Source of the DNA: an uncultured SAR86 cluster bacterium
GTDB lineage: Bacteria; Pseudomonadota; Gammaproteobacteria; Magnimaribacterales; D2472
Assembly: GCA_943788515.1 (NCBI GenBank)
Contig: CALSQM010000003.1
Span: 87,228 to 151,227, forward strand
DNA length: 64,000 bases
Direction: 5' to 3'
Shown: in pieces, positions 27,548 through 36,720 of the stretch
Layout: each line of letters opens with the position of its first letter
Numbering within the stretch: position 1 is the stretch's first letter
Position numbers and translations under genes: made by a program
Notes under the pieces: model-generated
The model's database searches: none
Told to the model about the DNA's origin: nothing
The model's input: only the letters and a program-made list of their open reading frames with translations

Positions 27548-28532
27548 ATTTTTCAATATCATCTGATGAGATTGCTATTACTTTAATTTCTCCATTGGAA
27601 CTAATAATTTTTAGGTTAATAACATCACCAAATGTTAGTGACTTCAATGATTCCGTAAGATTTGTCCATGAGCTAGCAGCTTCATTAATTTCAATTATGA
27701 TGTCAGTTGCCCTAACCCCACTTTCATAAAGAGGGCCAAATTTATCTATTTCAATTACGCGCAAGCCATTTAAAGATTTGTTGCTTAAGTTTACTCTCAC
27801 ATCACTAACTCTAAAATTACCTATCCATGCAGACCTAACTTTTCCGTATTGAATTATTTCTGAAGCAATTTCGGTAATAGCATTAGCTGGTATTGCAAAG
27901 CCTAATCCTTGATAGGCCCCAGTTTTTGAAAATATTTTTGTGTTAATGCCAATTAAATTTCCCTTTTCATTAATTAGCGCTCCACCTGAATTGCCTGGAT
28001 TTATTGCAGCATCAGTTTGGATAAGCTCTAAATAAGGGTTGCCGTAATCTCTTCCAGTAGCACTAATTATTCCGCTTGATACAGAAATCCCTATTCCATA
28101 TGGATTCCCAATAGCCAAAACCTTGTCACCTGTTTTAATATTAGAACTATCTCCAATTTTAATTGGAATAAATGAGTCTTCTGGCGATACCTTAAGCACT
28201 GCAATATCAGAATTAATATCAAAACCAACAATCTTTGCTATTTGCTCTTTTCCATCAGTAAGCTTTACTTTTACAACCTTTCCTTTTGAGACAACATGAA
28301 AATTGGTAACTATATATCCATCTTTAGAAAAGATGACACCAGAGCCAATTGAAACAGGCCTAAGAGAGTATGAACTATTATTATAAGTGGCTACTATTAC
28401 AACTGAAGAAATAGATTTTTCAGTAGCTTTAACAAATTTATTGTTATCATGGTTTGTGTATACCCATGTTACTAACAATGCTAATGCAATTAACAACAAA
28501 TGATGAAACTTTATCTCTTTTAAATAATTCAT
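27540..28532 (-). CDS. DegS/AlgW-like HtrA serine protease with one PDZ domain (start probably 28532)
   Basis: N-terminal TM, GSGVI, TNFHVV, DIAVL, QTDAAINPGNSGG. Confidence 0.9.
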   Translation of the reverse strand: MNYLKEIKFHHLLLIALALLVTWVYTNHDNNKFVKATEKSISSVVIVATYNNSSYSLRPVSIGSGVIFSKDGYIVTNFHVVSKGKVVKVKLTDGKEQIAKIVGFDINSDIAVLKVSPEDSFIPIKIGDSSNIKTGDKVLAIGNPYGIGISVSSGIISATGRDYGNPYLELIQTDAAINPGNSGGALINEKGNLIGINTKIFSKTGAYQGLGFAIPANAITEIASEIIQYGKVRSAWIGNFRVSDVRVNLSNKSLNGLRVIEIDKFGPLYESGVRATDIIIEINEAASSWTNLTESLKSLTFGDVINLKIISSNGEIKVIAISSDDIEKFN

Positions 28533-28538
28533 AATAAT

Positions 28539-29590
28539 ATGATTCAAAATATCATTGATGATCTAAAAATCCAAGATATTACGCTCGACAAGGGCCAATT
28601 AAATCTTATTGAGAATTTAGTTGAACAACACAATATTGAAAAAAAACTTTTTTGATCACCTCATAAAAAGACAAAAAAAAAGAGGTGCTTATATTTGGGG
28701 TGACGTTGGAAGAGGTAAAACTCTTATTATTAAATCTTTTTTAAAAGAAATTTCAAAAAAATACCTCTTCTTTTCATTACATTGATTTGATGCATAACAT
28801 ACATACTCAACTAAAGGACTTATCAAGCAACAAAGACCCAATAAATATTATTGCAAAAAACTATTACAGTAAATTTAAACTAATTTTTATAGATGAATTT
28901 CAGGTAGAAGATGTAGCTGATGCAATGATCATAGGTAATTTATTAAACCAGCTAATAATTAATGGAGTTGAACTATATCTAACCTCCAATGCGCATCCGG
29001 ATAACTTATACAAAGATGGCTTGCAGAGACAAAAATTTATGAAAGCAATGAACTTTTTGAAGAACAGTTTAAATATTTATGAGCTTGGGGGACCAATAGA
29101 TTACAGAACAAGAAATATTCACCAGTTTAGTGAAGCAGATTTCAATCCCTCTTTAAAAATGAGTGATAGTGAAATAAAGGATTTCCTAATAAAAAATTTT
29201 AGTGAAATTGAGGTTAGCTTTGGTGATTTCTCCATAAACTCAAGAAAATTTAAATGCAAGGCTTACTCTAATAATTTTCTTTGGGTTTCTTATAAAGACT
29301 TCTTTATTCAACCAACCGGCTCAAGAGATTTTATTGAGATATGTGAAAATATAGATTGGATTTTTATAAATGATTTTTATGAGTATGATGATAATCATGC
29401 AGATATTATTAGAAGGTTTATTTCTTTTATAGACATTTGTTATAAAGAGAATACAAAAGTAAAGTTTTTTATTGACTCAAAATCTATTGAAAATCTATAT
29501 AAAGGGACAAAACTGAACATTTTATGGAACAGATGTGCCAGCAGACTCAAAGAGATGCAAACTATAGAATATTTAGAATCTAGTAAATAA
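28539..29590 (+). pseudogene. zapE: ZapE (AFG1-family ATPase), interrupted by two +1 frameshifts in poly-A runs (possibly sequencing errors)
   Basis: Walker A GAYIWGDVGRGKT (from 28684) is in a different frame from DEFQVEDVADAMI/TSN..PD.LY.DGLQR; removing one A from each of 28639-28646 and 28755-28761 joins all parts. Confidence 0.85.
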
Positions 29591-29664
29591 TGAAAAATTA
29601 TGCTGATAAATATTGCTAATTCATCCTCAAAACATTAATATTCGCATCTTACAAAAATATGATT

Positions 29665-30099
29665 ATGAAAACATTCGCACTAAAAAAAGAAAATGTAGAC
29701 AGACAATGGTTTGTTATTGATGCATCTGACAAAATTCTGGGTAGAGTTGCTACTAAAATAGCAGACAGAATAAGAGGGAAAGACAAACCTACTTTCACAC
29801 CTCACACCGATGGTGGGGATTATGTTGTTGTAATAAATGCAGAAAAGATCAAAGTTACTGGTGAGAAATTTAATGATAAAAAATATTACAATCACTCATT
29901 ATATCCTGGCGGGCTAAAGACTAAAACTTTTAGAGAAATGAATGAAAAACATCCTGAAAGAATTATAGAAGAAGCTGTCAAAGGAATGTTACCAAAAAAT
30001 AAACTAGGAAAATCAATGATCAAAAAACTAAAAGTATTTAGTGGTCCAGATCATGAGCATGAATCTCAACAACCTATAGAGTGGAATCCAAAAATATGA
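29665..30099 (+). CDS. rplM: 50S ribosomal protein L13
   Basis: WFVIDA, LGR.AT, FTPH.DGGD, GMLPKN. Confidence 0.98.
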   Translation: MKTFALKKENVDRQWFVIDASDKILGRVATKIADRIRGKDKPTFTPHTDGGDYVVVINAEKIKVTGEKFNDKKYYNHSLYPGGLKTKTFREMNEKHPERIIEEAVKGMLPKNKLGKSMIKKLKVFSGPDHEHESQQPIEWNPKI

Positions 30100-30488
30100 C
30101 ATCAGAAATTCATTACGCAACAGGTAGAAGAAAAACTTCATCTGCTAGAATTTACTTATCCCATGGAAAGGGTGATATAACTGTTAATGATAAAAAATTA
30201 GATGTTTACTTTGGAAGAAAAGTAGCACAGATGCTTGTAATGCAACCTTTAGAGATGACAGATCTTGAAGGAAAGCTTGATATCAATATCAAGGTAAAAG
30301 GTGGTGGTAGTTTTGGACAAGCGGGCGCAATTAGACATGGTATCTCAAGAGCTCTCATAGCTTTTGATGAGGAATTAAGACCTCAACTTAAGAAAGCTGG
30401 TTTGTTAACTAGGGACCCTAGAAAAGTTGAAAGAAAGAAACCTGGTTTGGTAAAAGCTAGAAAGAGTAAACAGTTCTCAAAACGTTAA
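30096..30488 (+). CDS. rpsI: 30S ribosomal protein S9 (start probably 30096)
   Basis: [26 protein letters not shown]-terminus. Confidence 0.98.
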   Translation: MTSEIHYATGRRKTSSARIYLSHGKGDITVNDKKLDVYFGRKVAQMLVMQPLEMTDLEGKLDINIKVKGGGSFGQAGAIRHGISRALIAFDEELRPQLKKAGLLTRDPRKVERKKPGLVKARKSKQFSKR

Positions 30489-30515
30489 TTTTTCAAATTA
30501 ATACATAAAAATTGG

Positions 30516-30524
30516 TGGTATAAT
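30516..30524 (+). promoter_or_regulatory. Extended -10 promoter of petABC
   Basis: TGgTATAAT about 45 nt upstream of petA. Confidence 0.55.
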
Positions 30525-30568
30525 CTGCCTGTTTTTTAGTACACAATTAACAAGAAAATAAAGGATTA

Positions 30569-31153
30569 ATGCAAGAAAAAGACAATACAAGAAGGAAAGT
30601 ACTTATTGGCCTAACAAGTGCAGTAGGTCTTTCTGGACTTCCATTTGTAGCAACACCATTTATAGCAGCCTGGAATCCTAGCGCGCGTGCCAAAGCAGCT
30701 GGGGCATCTGTAACAATTGATGTTTCAAAAATGCAATATGGTCAGCAAATACAAGTTGCTTGGAGAAAGCAGCCAGTATTTGTAATTAGACAGACCAAAG
30801 AAAGTCTTGCAGGTTTAAAAAAAACCTTACCTAAGCTTTCTGATCCTAATTCTGAGGCTATTGATGAGCCATATAGAGGTTTAAATTTAACAAGATCAAA
30901 AAGTAGTGAATATTCGGTTATAGCAGGAGTTTGCACTCATTTAGGCTGCTCTCCAAAGTATCACCCAGAAGTAGAACCAAAGCCATGGGATGCATCTTGG
31001 TCTGGTGGTTTTTTTTGTCCCTGTCATGGATCTATGTTTGATATGGTAGGTAGGGTATTTAAGGGTGTTCCAGCCCCAACAAATCTCCCAGTCCCGCCTC
31101 ATTTTTTTAATGGTAGTATTTTAACTATAGGTGAAGATGGTGGAGTGGCATAA
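30569..31153 (+). CDS. petA: Cytochrome bc1 Rieske Fe-S subunit
   Basis: Twin-Arg (TRRK), CTHLGC, CPCHGS. Confidence 0.97.
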   Translation: MQEKDNTRRKVLIGLTSAVGLSGLPFVATPFIAAWNPSARAKAAGASVTIDVSKMQYGQQIQVAWRKQPVFVIRQTKESLAGLKKTLPKLSDPNSEAIDEPYRGLNLTRSKSSEYSVIAGVCTHLGCSPKYHPEVEPKPWDASWSGGFFCPCHGSMFDMVGRVFKGVPAPTNLPVPPHFFNGSILTIGEDGGVA

Positions 31154-32371
31154 ATGAATGGAGTAGTAGGAAAAATGTTTGGCTGGTTTAATAATAGACT
31201 TCCAGTAGCTAATACTTTTGAAAGACATCTTTCAAAGCATCCTGTTCCATCAAAAGTTAATTTTTGGTATTTATTTGGCGCTTTAGCAGCAGTTGTATTA
31301 ATTATTCAAATAATTTCTGGAATATGGCTAATAATGCCTTATTCAAATACAGAAGAGCAGGCATTCTCATCTATTGAATATATTATGAGAGATGTTGATT
31401 ATGGTTGGGTCATTAGATATATCCATACCACCGGCGCATCAATGTTTTTTGCTGTTGTTTATTTGCATATGTTTAGAGGTTTGCTTTATGGGTCATATCA
31501 AAAACCCAAAGAGTTGGTATGGGTTTTTGGTTGCGCAATATACCTTGCAATGATGGCTGAGGGTTTTCTTGGCTACGTTCTTCCTTATGGTCAAATGTCT
31601 TACTGGGGTGCTCAAGTAATCATCTCCTTATTTGGAGCTATTCCTTACATCGGTGAGTCTCTCGAAATATGGGTTAGAGGAGATTACTATATTTCTGGAA
31701 TTACAGTTTCTCGTTTTTTTGCACTACATGTTGTTGCACTTCCTTTGGTTCTAATAGCCTTGGTATTTCTTCATCTTATTGCTTTGCATGAGGTTGGGGC
31801 TGGAAATCCAGAAGGCGTTGATATTGAAAAATATTTAGACGAAGATGGTGTCCCTTTAGACAGTGTCCCATTTTTTCCATATAAAGTACTTAATGCTCTT
31901 GTTGGTATTGGTGTCTTCATGACTGTTTTTGCAATAATAATGTTTTTCTTTCCTGAGGGCGGAGGTTATTTTATTGAGATGGCTAATTTCGAAGAAGCCA
32001 ATCCTCTTGTAACACCAGAACATATAGCACCAGTTTGGTACTACTCACCATACTATGCGATGTTGAGAGCTGTTCCAGACAAGCTAGGCGGTTTAATTAT
32101 TATGGGATCAGCTGTAGCAATTCTATTTGTTGTACCTTGGCTTGATAATAGCAAAGCTGCATCTATCAGATATAAAGGAGTTTATTCAAAAGTAGCGTTA
32201 GCTTTATTTGGTATAAGCTTTTTAACACTAGGATACCTTGGGACTGTTGGAGTTACAGAAGTAAGAAAAACGATGAGCATTATTTGTACTTTTATTTATT
32301 TCGCATTCTTTATTCTAATGCCTATATATACAAAGTTTGAAAAGACTAAAAAGGTTCCAGAGCGTCTATGA
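31154..32371 (+). CDS. petB: Cytochrome b
   Basis: IMRDVDYGW, H...AS, YLHMFRG, GQMSYWGA, HIAPVWY (PEWY-equivalent). Confidence 0.98.
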   Translation: MNGVVGKMFGWFNNRLPVANTFERHLSKHPVPSKVNFWYLFGALAAVVLIIQIISGIWLIMPYSNTEEQAFSSIEYIMRDVDYGWVIRYIHTTGASMFFAVVYLHMFRGLLYGSYQKPKELVWVFGCAIYLAMMAEGFLGYVLPYGQMSYWGAQVIISLFGAIPYIGESLEIWVRGDYYISGITVSRFFALHVVALPLVLIALVFLHLIALHEVGAGNPEGVDIEKYLDEDGVPLDSVPFFPYKVLNALVGIGVFMTVFAIIMFFFPEGGGYFIEMANFEEANPLVTPEHIAPVWYYSPYYAMLRAVPDKLGGLIIMGSAVAILFVVPWLDNSKAASIRYKGVYSKVALALFGISFLTLGYLGTVGVTEVRKTMSIICTFIYFAFFILMPIYTKFEKTKKVPERL

Positions 32372-33201
32372 CCACAAAGCAGAAAGTTATAAAAATTAAT
32401 AAGTCAGTAAAGTTTCTTCTTCTTTTTACATTATTATTCGGCATAAACAATTTGTTATCTGCAGAGGGTGGGCCATGCAAAGATTATGGTGATTGTGATA
32501 AATTTAAATATTCATTGAATGATATGGAGTCCTTACAGAGCGGAGCTTCTACATTTCTTAATTATTGCTATGGATGTCATTCACTTCAATATTCAAGATG
32601 GGGAAGAATCGCAAAAGATTTACAAATCCCTGAAGACATTTTTTTTGAAAATTTAGTATTTGATAAATCCATTAAAGCTGGAGATCTTATGACAGGAGCT
32701 ATGCCTAAAGACGAGTCAGCTCAGTGGTTTGGAGTTGCACCTCCCGACCTTACGCTTGTAAGTAGAGTGAGGGGTGATGATTGGCTCTATTCTTATTTAA
32801 GAACTTATTATGAAGACTCTTCTAAGCAATATGGTGTAAATAACTTAGTCTATCCTGGGACAGCAATGCCTAATGTGCTTGCTGCACTTCAAGGTAATCA
32901 AAAACTTATTTGCAAGAATATTCCAATTATTGCTAAAAATGGTGGAGAGAAAAGAGACAGTGAAGGCAATGCTCTTACAAAAGAAAAATGTGGATTTCTT
33001 CAGGTTGAAGAGGGCACGGGCTCATTAAATAAAGAAGATTTTGATAAGGTTATTTACGACCTTACTAACTTTCTTGTATACGTTGGCGAGCCATCAAAAG
33101 CTTCTCGAGAAAGAATCGGGTGGTATGTTATTTTTTATTTCCTAATATTTACAGCTTTATCAGCTCTTTTGTATAGGGAATATCACAAAGATTATCATTA
33201 A
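32368..33201 (+). CDS. petC: Cytochrome c1
   Basis: CYGCH heme motif, PPDL, AMPNVL, C-terminal TM. Confidence 0.96.
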   Translation: MTTKQKVIKINKSVKFLLLFTLLFGINNLLSAEGGPCKDYGDCDKFKYSLNDMESLQSGASTFLNYCYGCHSLQYSRWGRIAKDLQIPEDIFFENLVFDKSIKAGDLMTGAMPKDESAQWFGVAPPDLTLVSRVRGDDWLYSYLRTYYEDSSKQYGVNNLVYPGTAMPNVLAALQGNQKLICKNIPIIAKNGGEKRDSEGNALTKEKCGFLQVEEGTGSLNKEDFDKVIYDLTNFLVYVGEPSKASRERIGWYVIFYFLIFTALSALLYREYHKDYH

Positions 33202-33217
33202 AAATAGGGAAAAAATT

Positions 33218-33829
33218 ATGATTTTATATTCAGATAGAGACGATCACTACAGTCAAAGAGTAAGAATAGTTTTAGCAGAAAAAGATATCACTGCTGAAAT
33301 TAAAGAATCTAAACTAGAACAAACGCCTGAAGATATTCTATCAATAAGCCCGTATCATAAATTACCAATTTTGGTTGATAGAGATTTGGCAATACATGAC
33401 CCTTCTGTAATGATGGAGTATTTGGATGAAAGATTTCCTCACCCACCATTATTACCAGTCTACCCAGTTGCCAGAGCAAACAGCAGAACATTGATGTTAA
33501 GAATAGATAGAGAATGGTGTCCTATTGTTGATACCTTAATTGCTGGCGAGTTACCTGAAAAAGAGCTTATAAAATTAAGAGAGGAATTATTGCATGAGAT
33601 ATCTTCCATAGCTCCAACCTTTAAAGAATTCAAATATTTTATGAGTGATGAGTTTACTCTTGTAGATTGTTGTTTTGCTCCTATACTCTGGAGACTTCCA
33701 TCAATTGGTATAAGACTTCCAGTAAATAGACATTTAAAGCCACTAATTGATTATCAAAAAGATATATTTAAGAGATCTGGTTTCCTTGATAGTCTTTCTT
33801 CTCTTGAAAGAGATCTTAAAGAGGACTAG
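33218..33829 (+). CDS. sspA: Stringent starvation protein A (GST fold)
   Basis: RIVLAEK, MEYLDERFPHPPLLPVYPVARA. Confidence 0.96.
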   Translation: MILYSDRDDHYSQRVRIVLAEKDITAEIKESKLEQTPEDILSISPYHKLPILVDRDLAIHDPSVMMEYLDERFPHPPLLPVYPVARANSRTLMLRIDREWCPIVDTLIAGELPEKELIKLREELLHEISSIAPTFKEFKYFMSDEFTLVDCCFAPILWRLPSIGIRLPVNRHLKPLIDYQKDIFKRSGFLDSLSSLERDLKED

Positions 33830-34982
33830 TTAAATTTTCCTGAGTTATTTTCCAAAAAGATAACTCTCTCTCAATACAATCATCAGTCTGGTAGTTTATA
33901 GCTCCTGAATTTAATAATATGAATGAGTCTGAGGCATTGGAGGCATTTAATTCTTTAATTCTTAGCATGTCTTCTATTAAGGCTTTATTAATCTCATCAC
34001 CTATAGATGTGATGCTTTGTTTTTGAGCAACCTTTTTATAGAAATACTGAGGGGTTGGTACATAAAGATTATCGAAATCGCTTAATTGTTTTGTATTCAT
34101 AGCGCCTAACAAAATATTGTTAGCAGCATAAAAATCACTATTTAATAAATAACTTCTAAAAATAGGAACAATGGATTTACCTATTGAATAGTCAACCAAG
34201 AAATATACTTTTTTAAAATCTTTCCTCTCTCTTGGAGTATTTTCTAACTTTATATTCTGATCTAATTTTTGAATATTATTAAATCTAATTAAGCTCCGAT
34301 CAATCCCAAGAGCTTTTTGAGCAAACTCCTCATGATTTTTATTATTTATTAAAGAAAATTTAATACCAGGAAAGTTTTGCTTTAGATTTATTGCATATTC
34401 TTTATATGACTTTGAGAAAACCACTATAACTTCACTTGGATTATTTTTTTTAAAAATATGATTTTCAATAATATCTTTTTGATCTTGAAGATAGCTACTA
34501 CAAAAAAATAATAGATTTGAGTCAAGCAGCCCATCATTAATGCTTCTTCCTTTCGAATCAAAGATAATATTAAATTTATTACCTCTTCTTAAAACTGATT
34601 CAATAATATATTCCTTATTTTTTTTACCAGTGTCGAAGTTCGCATTTATTAATGGGACTGACTGAAGCTTCTTTTTGTTTAAGGCTATTAATTGGATTTG
34701 ATTGACATAATAATCTTTTATCTGACCATTTTGAATGAATGCATTAACTTTTTCTAAATTTGCTTCATCGACTCGATTATAAAAAAATATCTCTTCTAAA
34801 ATAAATGTAATCTCATTTCTAAGTTCCTTAGAAATTTCCTCATAGCCATCTATCATTTGATCTGTATACGAGCTCTCATACTCGCCCTTTATACTTAAAT
34901 CATTAATAATTGGAACAGAGCTGCACCCTAATAGAATAAGAATTAAGGATACTGAAATAAATGTTAAGCTAGGTCTTATCAT
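33816..34982 (-). CDS. Lipoprotein, probably a highly diverged and shortened LpoA/LppC (PBP1a activator)
   Basis: Lipobox LLGC; divergent from rsmI as lpoA is; LGIDRS..R...PRERKDF..VY resembles the LppC C-domain. Confidence 0.55.
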   Translation of the reverse strand: MIRPSLTFISVSLILILLGCSSVPIINDLSIKGEYESSYTDQMIDGYEEISKELRNEITFILEEIFFYNRVDEANLEKVNAFIQNGQIKDYYVNQIQLIALNKKKLQSVPLINANFDTGKKNKEYIIESVLRRGNKFNIIFDSKGRSINDGLLDSNLLFFCSSYLQDQKDIIENHIFKKNNPSEVIVVFSKSYKEYAINLKQNFPGIKFSLINNKNHEEFAQKALGIDRSLIRFNNIQKLDQNIKLENTPRERKDFKKVYFLVDYSIGKSIVPIFRSYLLNSDFYAANNILLGAMNTKQLSDFDNLYVPTPQYFYKKVAQKQSITSIGDEINKALIEDMLRIKELNASNASDSFILLNSGAINYQTDDCIERELSFWKITQENLTSPL

Positions 34983-35002
34983 TTTTTTATACTTTCTTTA
35001 TT

Positions 35003-35815
35003 ATGTTAAATCTTTTGTCAACACCAATTGGTAATCTCAATGATATATCACTTAGAGCCATTGATGCTCTTAAAAATGCAGATTATATCTATGCAGAAGA
35101 TACCAGAGTAACTAACAAACTCCTTTATTTTCTTAAGATTGATAAGAAATGTAGAACTCTTCATGAGCATAACGAAGAGACTGTAAGTCACGATATTATA
35201 GAGTTACTAAATAAACAGAATGAAATTGTATTAGTTTCAGATGCTGGAACTCCTTCAGTATCAGACCCAGGGTATTATCTTATTCAGCAATGCATAAAAG
35301 AAGATATTATATTTTCTCTAGTACCAGGACCATCATCGGTGATTAGTGCCTTAGTAATGTCTGGGCTATCAACCTCTAGCTTTTCTTTTCTTGGTTTTGT
35401 CCCAAGAAAAAAAAGTCAAAAAAAAGAGTTCATTAGTTTTTTAAGGCATGAAAAAAATACAATCATTCTTTTTGAGTCTGCAAAAAGAATCGAAGATACT
35501 TTAGATGTTTTAAGAGAGGAGTATTCATTAACTAAAAAGATTGCATTATGCAGAGAGATGACAAAGATTCATGAAACAATTGAGAGGGGAACTATAGAGG
35601 AGGTATCGTTAAGAGTGAAGAATGGCTTAGTAGCCCTTAAAGGTGAATTTGTAATTGTTATCGAAAGTTCTTCAACAGACAAGCCAAGTTTTATTCTTGA
35701 TAAAAAAGTAAAAGATTCTTTTTTAAGGTTTTTGCCTGCAAAAGATGCAGCAAAATTAATCTCACTTTTGTCAAAAGAAAATAAAAGAGATATTTATAAG
35801 CAACTGCTTGATTAA
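35003..35815 (+). CDS. rsmI: 16S rRNA C1402 2'-O-methyltransferase
   Basis: TPIGNL.DIS.RA, AEDTR, LVSDAGTP.VSDPG, REMTK.HE. Confidence 0.97.
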   Translation: MLNLLSTPIGNLNDISLRAIDALKNADYIYAEDTRVTNKLLYFLKIDKKCRTLHEHNEETVSHDIIELLNKQNEIVLVSDAGTPSVSDPGYYLIQQCIKEDIIFSLVPGPSSVISALVMSGLSTSSFSFLGFVPRKKSQKKEFISFLRHEKNTIILFESAKRIEDTLDVLREEYSLTKKIALCREMTKIHETIERGTIEEVSLRVKNGLVALKGEFVIVIESSSTDKPSFILDKKVKDSFLRFLPAKDAAKLISLLSKENKRDIYKQLLD

Positions 35816-35831
35816 CAAACTATAATGAATC

Positions 35832-36160
35832 GAGTTGGTTGGATGATCGCTAGTTTACTAGAGGAAAGTCCGGACTTCACAGAGCAGGACGCCAGGTAAC
35901 GCCTGGGAGGCGCGAGCCTACGGAAAGTGCAACAGAAAGTATACCGCCAATTTTAATTGGTAAGGGTGAAATGGTGGGGTAAGAGCCCACCGCTTAGTTG
36001 GAGACAACTAAGGCATTGTAAACCCCAGTCCGAAGCAAGACCAAATAGAAATCCATTTAAGCTGCTCGCTTAGGATTTGGGTAGGTTGCATGAATATTAT
36101 GGCAACATAATATCTAGATAGATGATCATCATTTACAGAATCCGGCTTATAGACCAGCTC
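35832..36160 (+). ncRNA. rnpB: RNase P RNA, type A, compact
   Basis: GAGGAAAGTCCGG, AGTGCAACAGA, GGTAAGGGTGAAA, AGAATCCGGCTTA; P1 GAGTTGGT/ACCAGCTC; TATAAT at 35821; located between rsmI and mraZ. Confidence 0.97.
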
Positions 36161-36184
36161 ATATTTTTTCTCTTTACATCCTGT

Positions 36185-36220
36185 GTGAGAAAAAGTGTGT
36201 AAATGTGTTGCAAAGTGTGT
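36185..36220 (+). promoter_or_regulatory. Putative MraZ operator: four GTG boxes at 10-bp spacing
   Basis: GTGAG(36185), GTGTG(36195), GTGTT(36205), GTGTG(36215) upstream of mraZ. Confidence 0.75.
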
Positions 36221-36242
36221 AAAAAGTCTATATATTTTGATA

Positions 36243-36710
36243 ATGTATGGATTTAATACAGTTTCATTAGATACAAAAGGTAGGTTGGCTATCCCAGCCA
36301 AATATCGTTCTAATTTATTAGAAAAAAATGAAACAAAAATTGTTGTAACCAAAGACCCTCAATACCCATCTTTAAAAATTTATCCCGAATCAGAATGGAA
36401 TGAAATTTCTAATAAACTCCAGTCATTGCAAGGATTAGATCCTATAGTTAGAAGCCTGCAATGGACCATATTAGGTAATGCACATGTTATAGACCTAGAT
36501 GTTGAAGGAAGAATGCTTGTATTAATTCCAGCAGAGCTTAGAAAGTATGCTGATATAAATGATCAAAAACAGATTTCTTTAGTTGGCATGGGCGAAAAAT
36601 TTGAGGTCTGGAACATAAATAATTGGGAAATGAGACAAATGGGCGGACCCTTGTCTACAGAAATTCTAGATGTAGTTCTTCCAGAAAGCATTAAATCAAT
36701 GTCATTTTAA
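36243..36710 (+). CDS. mraZ: Transcriptional regulator MraZ (start probably 36243)
   Basis: LDTKGRLAIPAKYR and LDVEGR.LVLIP..LR SpoVT-AbrB repeats, VGMGEKFEVW. Confidence 0.95.
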   Translation: MYGFNTVSLDTKGRLAIPAKYRSNLLEKNETKIVVTKDPQYPSLKIYPESEWNEISNKLQSLQGLDPIVRSLQWTILGNAHVIDLDVEGRMLVLIPAELRKYADINDQKQISLVGMGEKFEVWNINNWEMRQMGGPLSTEILDVVLPESIKSMSF

Positions 36711-36720
36711 TAGGGGATAA

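Noticed and set aside
36181..36230. CRISPR or tandem-repeat array
   Set aside because: The units are 10 bp with no spacers and no cas genes; an MraZ operator explains them better.
36008..36352. 114-aa minus-strand ORF, and the Cys-rich N-terminal extension of the mraZ ORF (from 36195)
   Set aside because: They overlap rnpB and the operator repeats; the Cys/Val pattern is just translation of the GTGT boxes.
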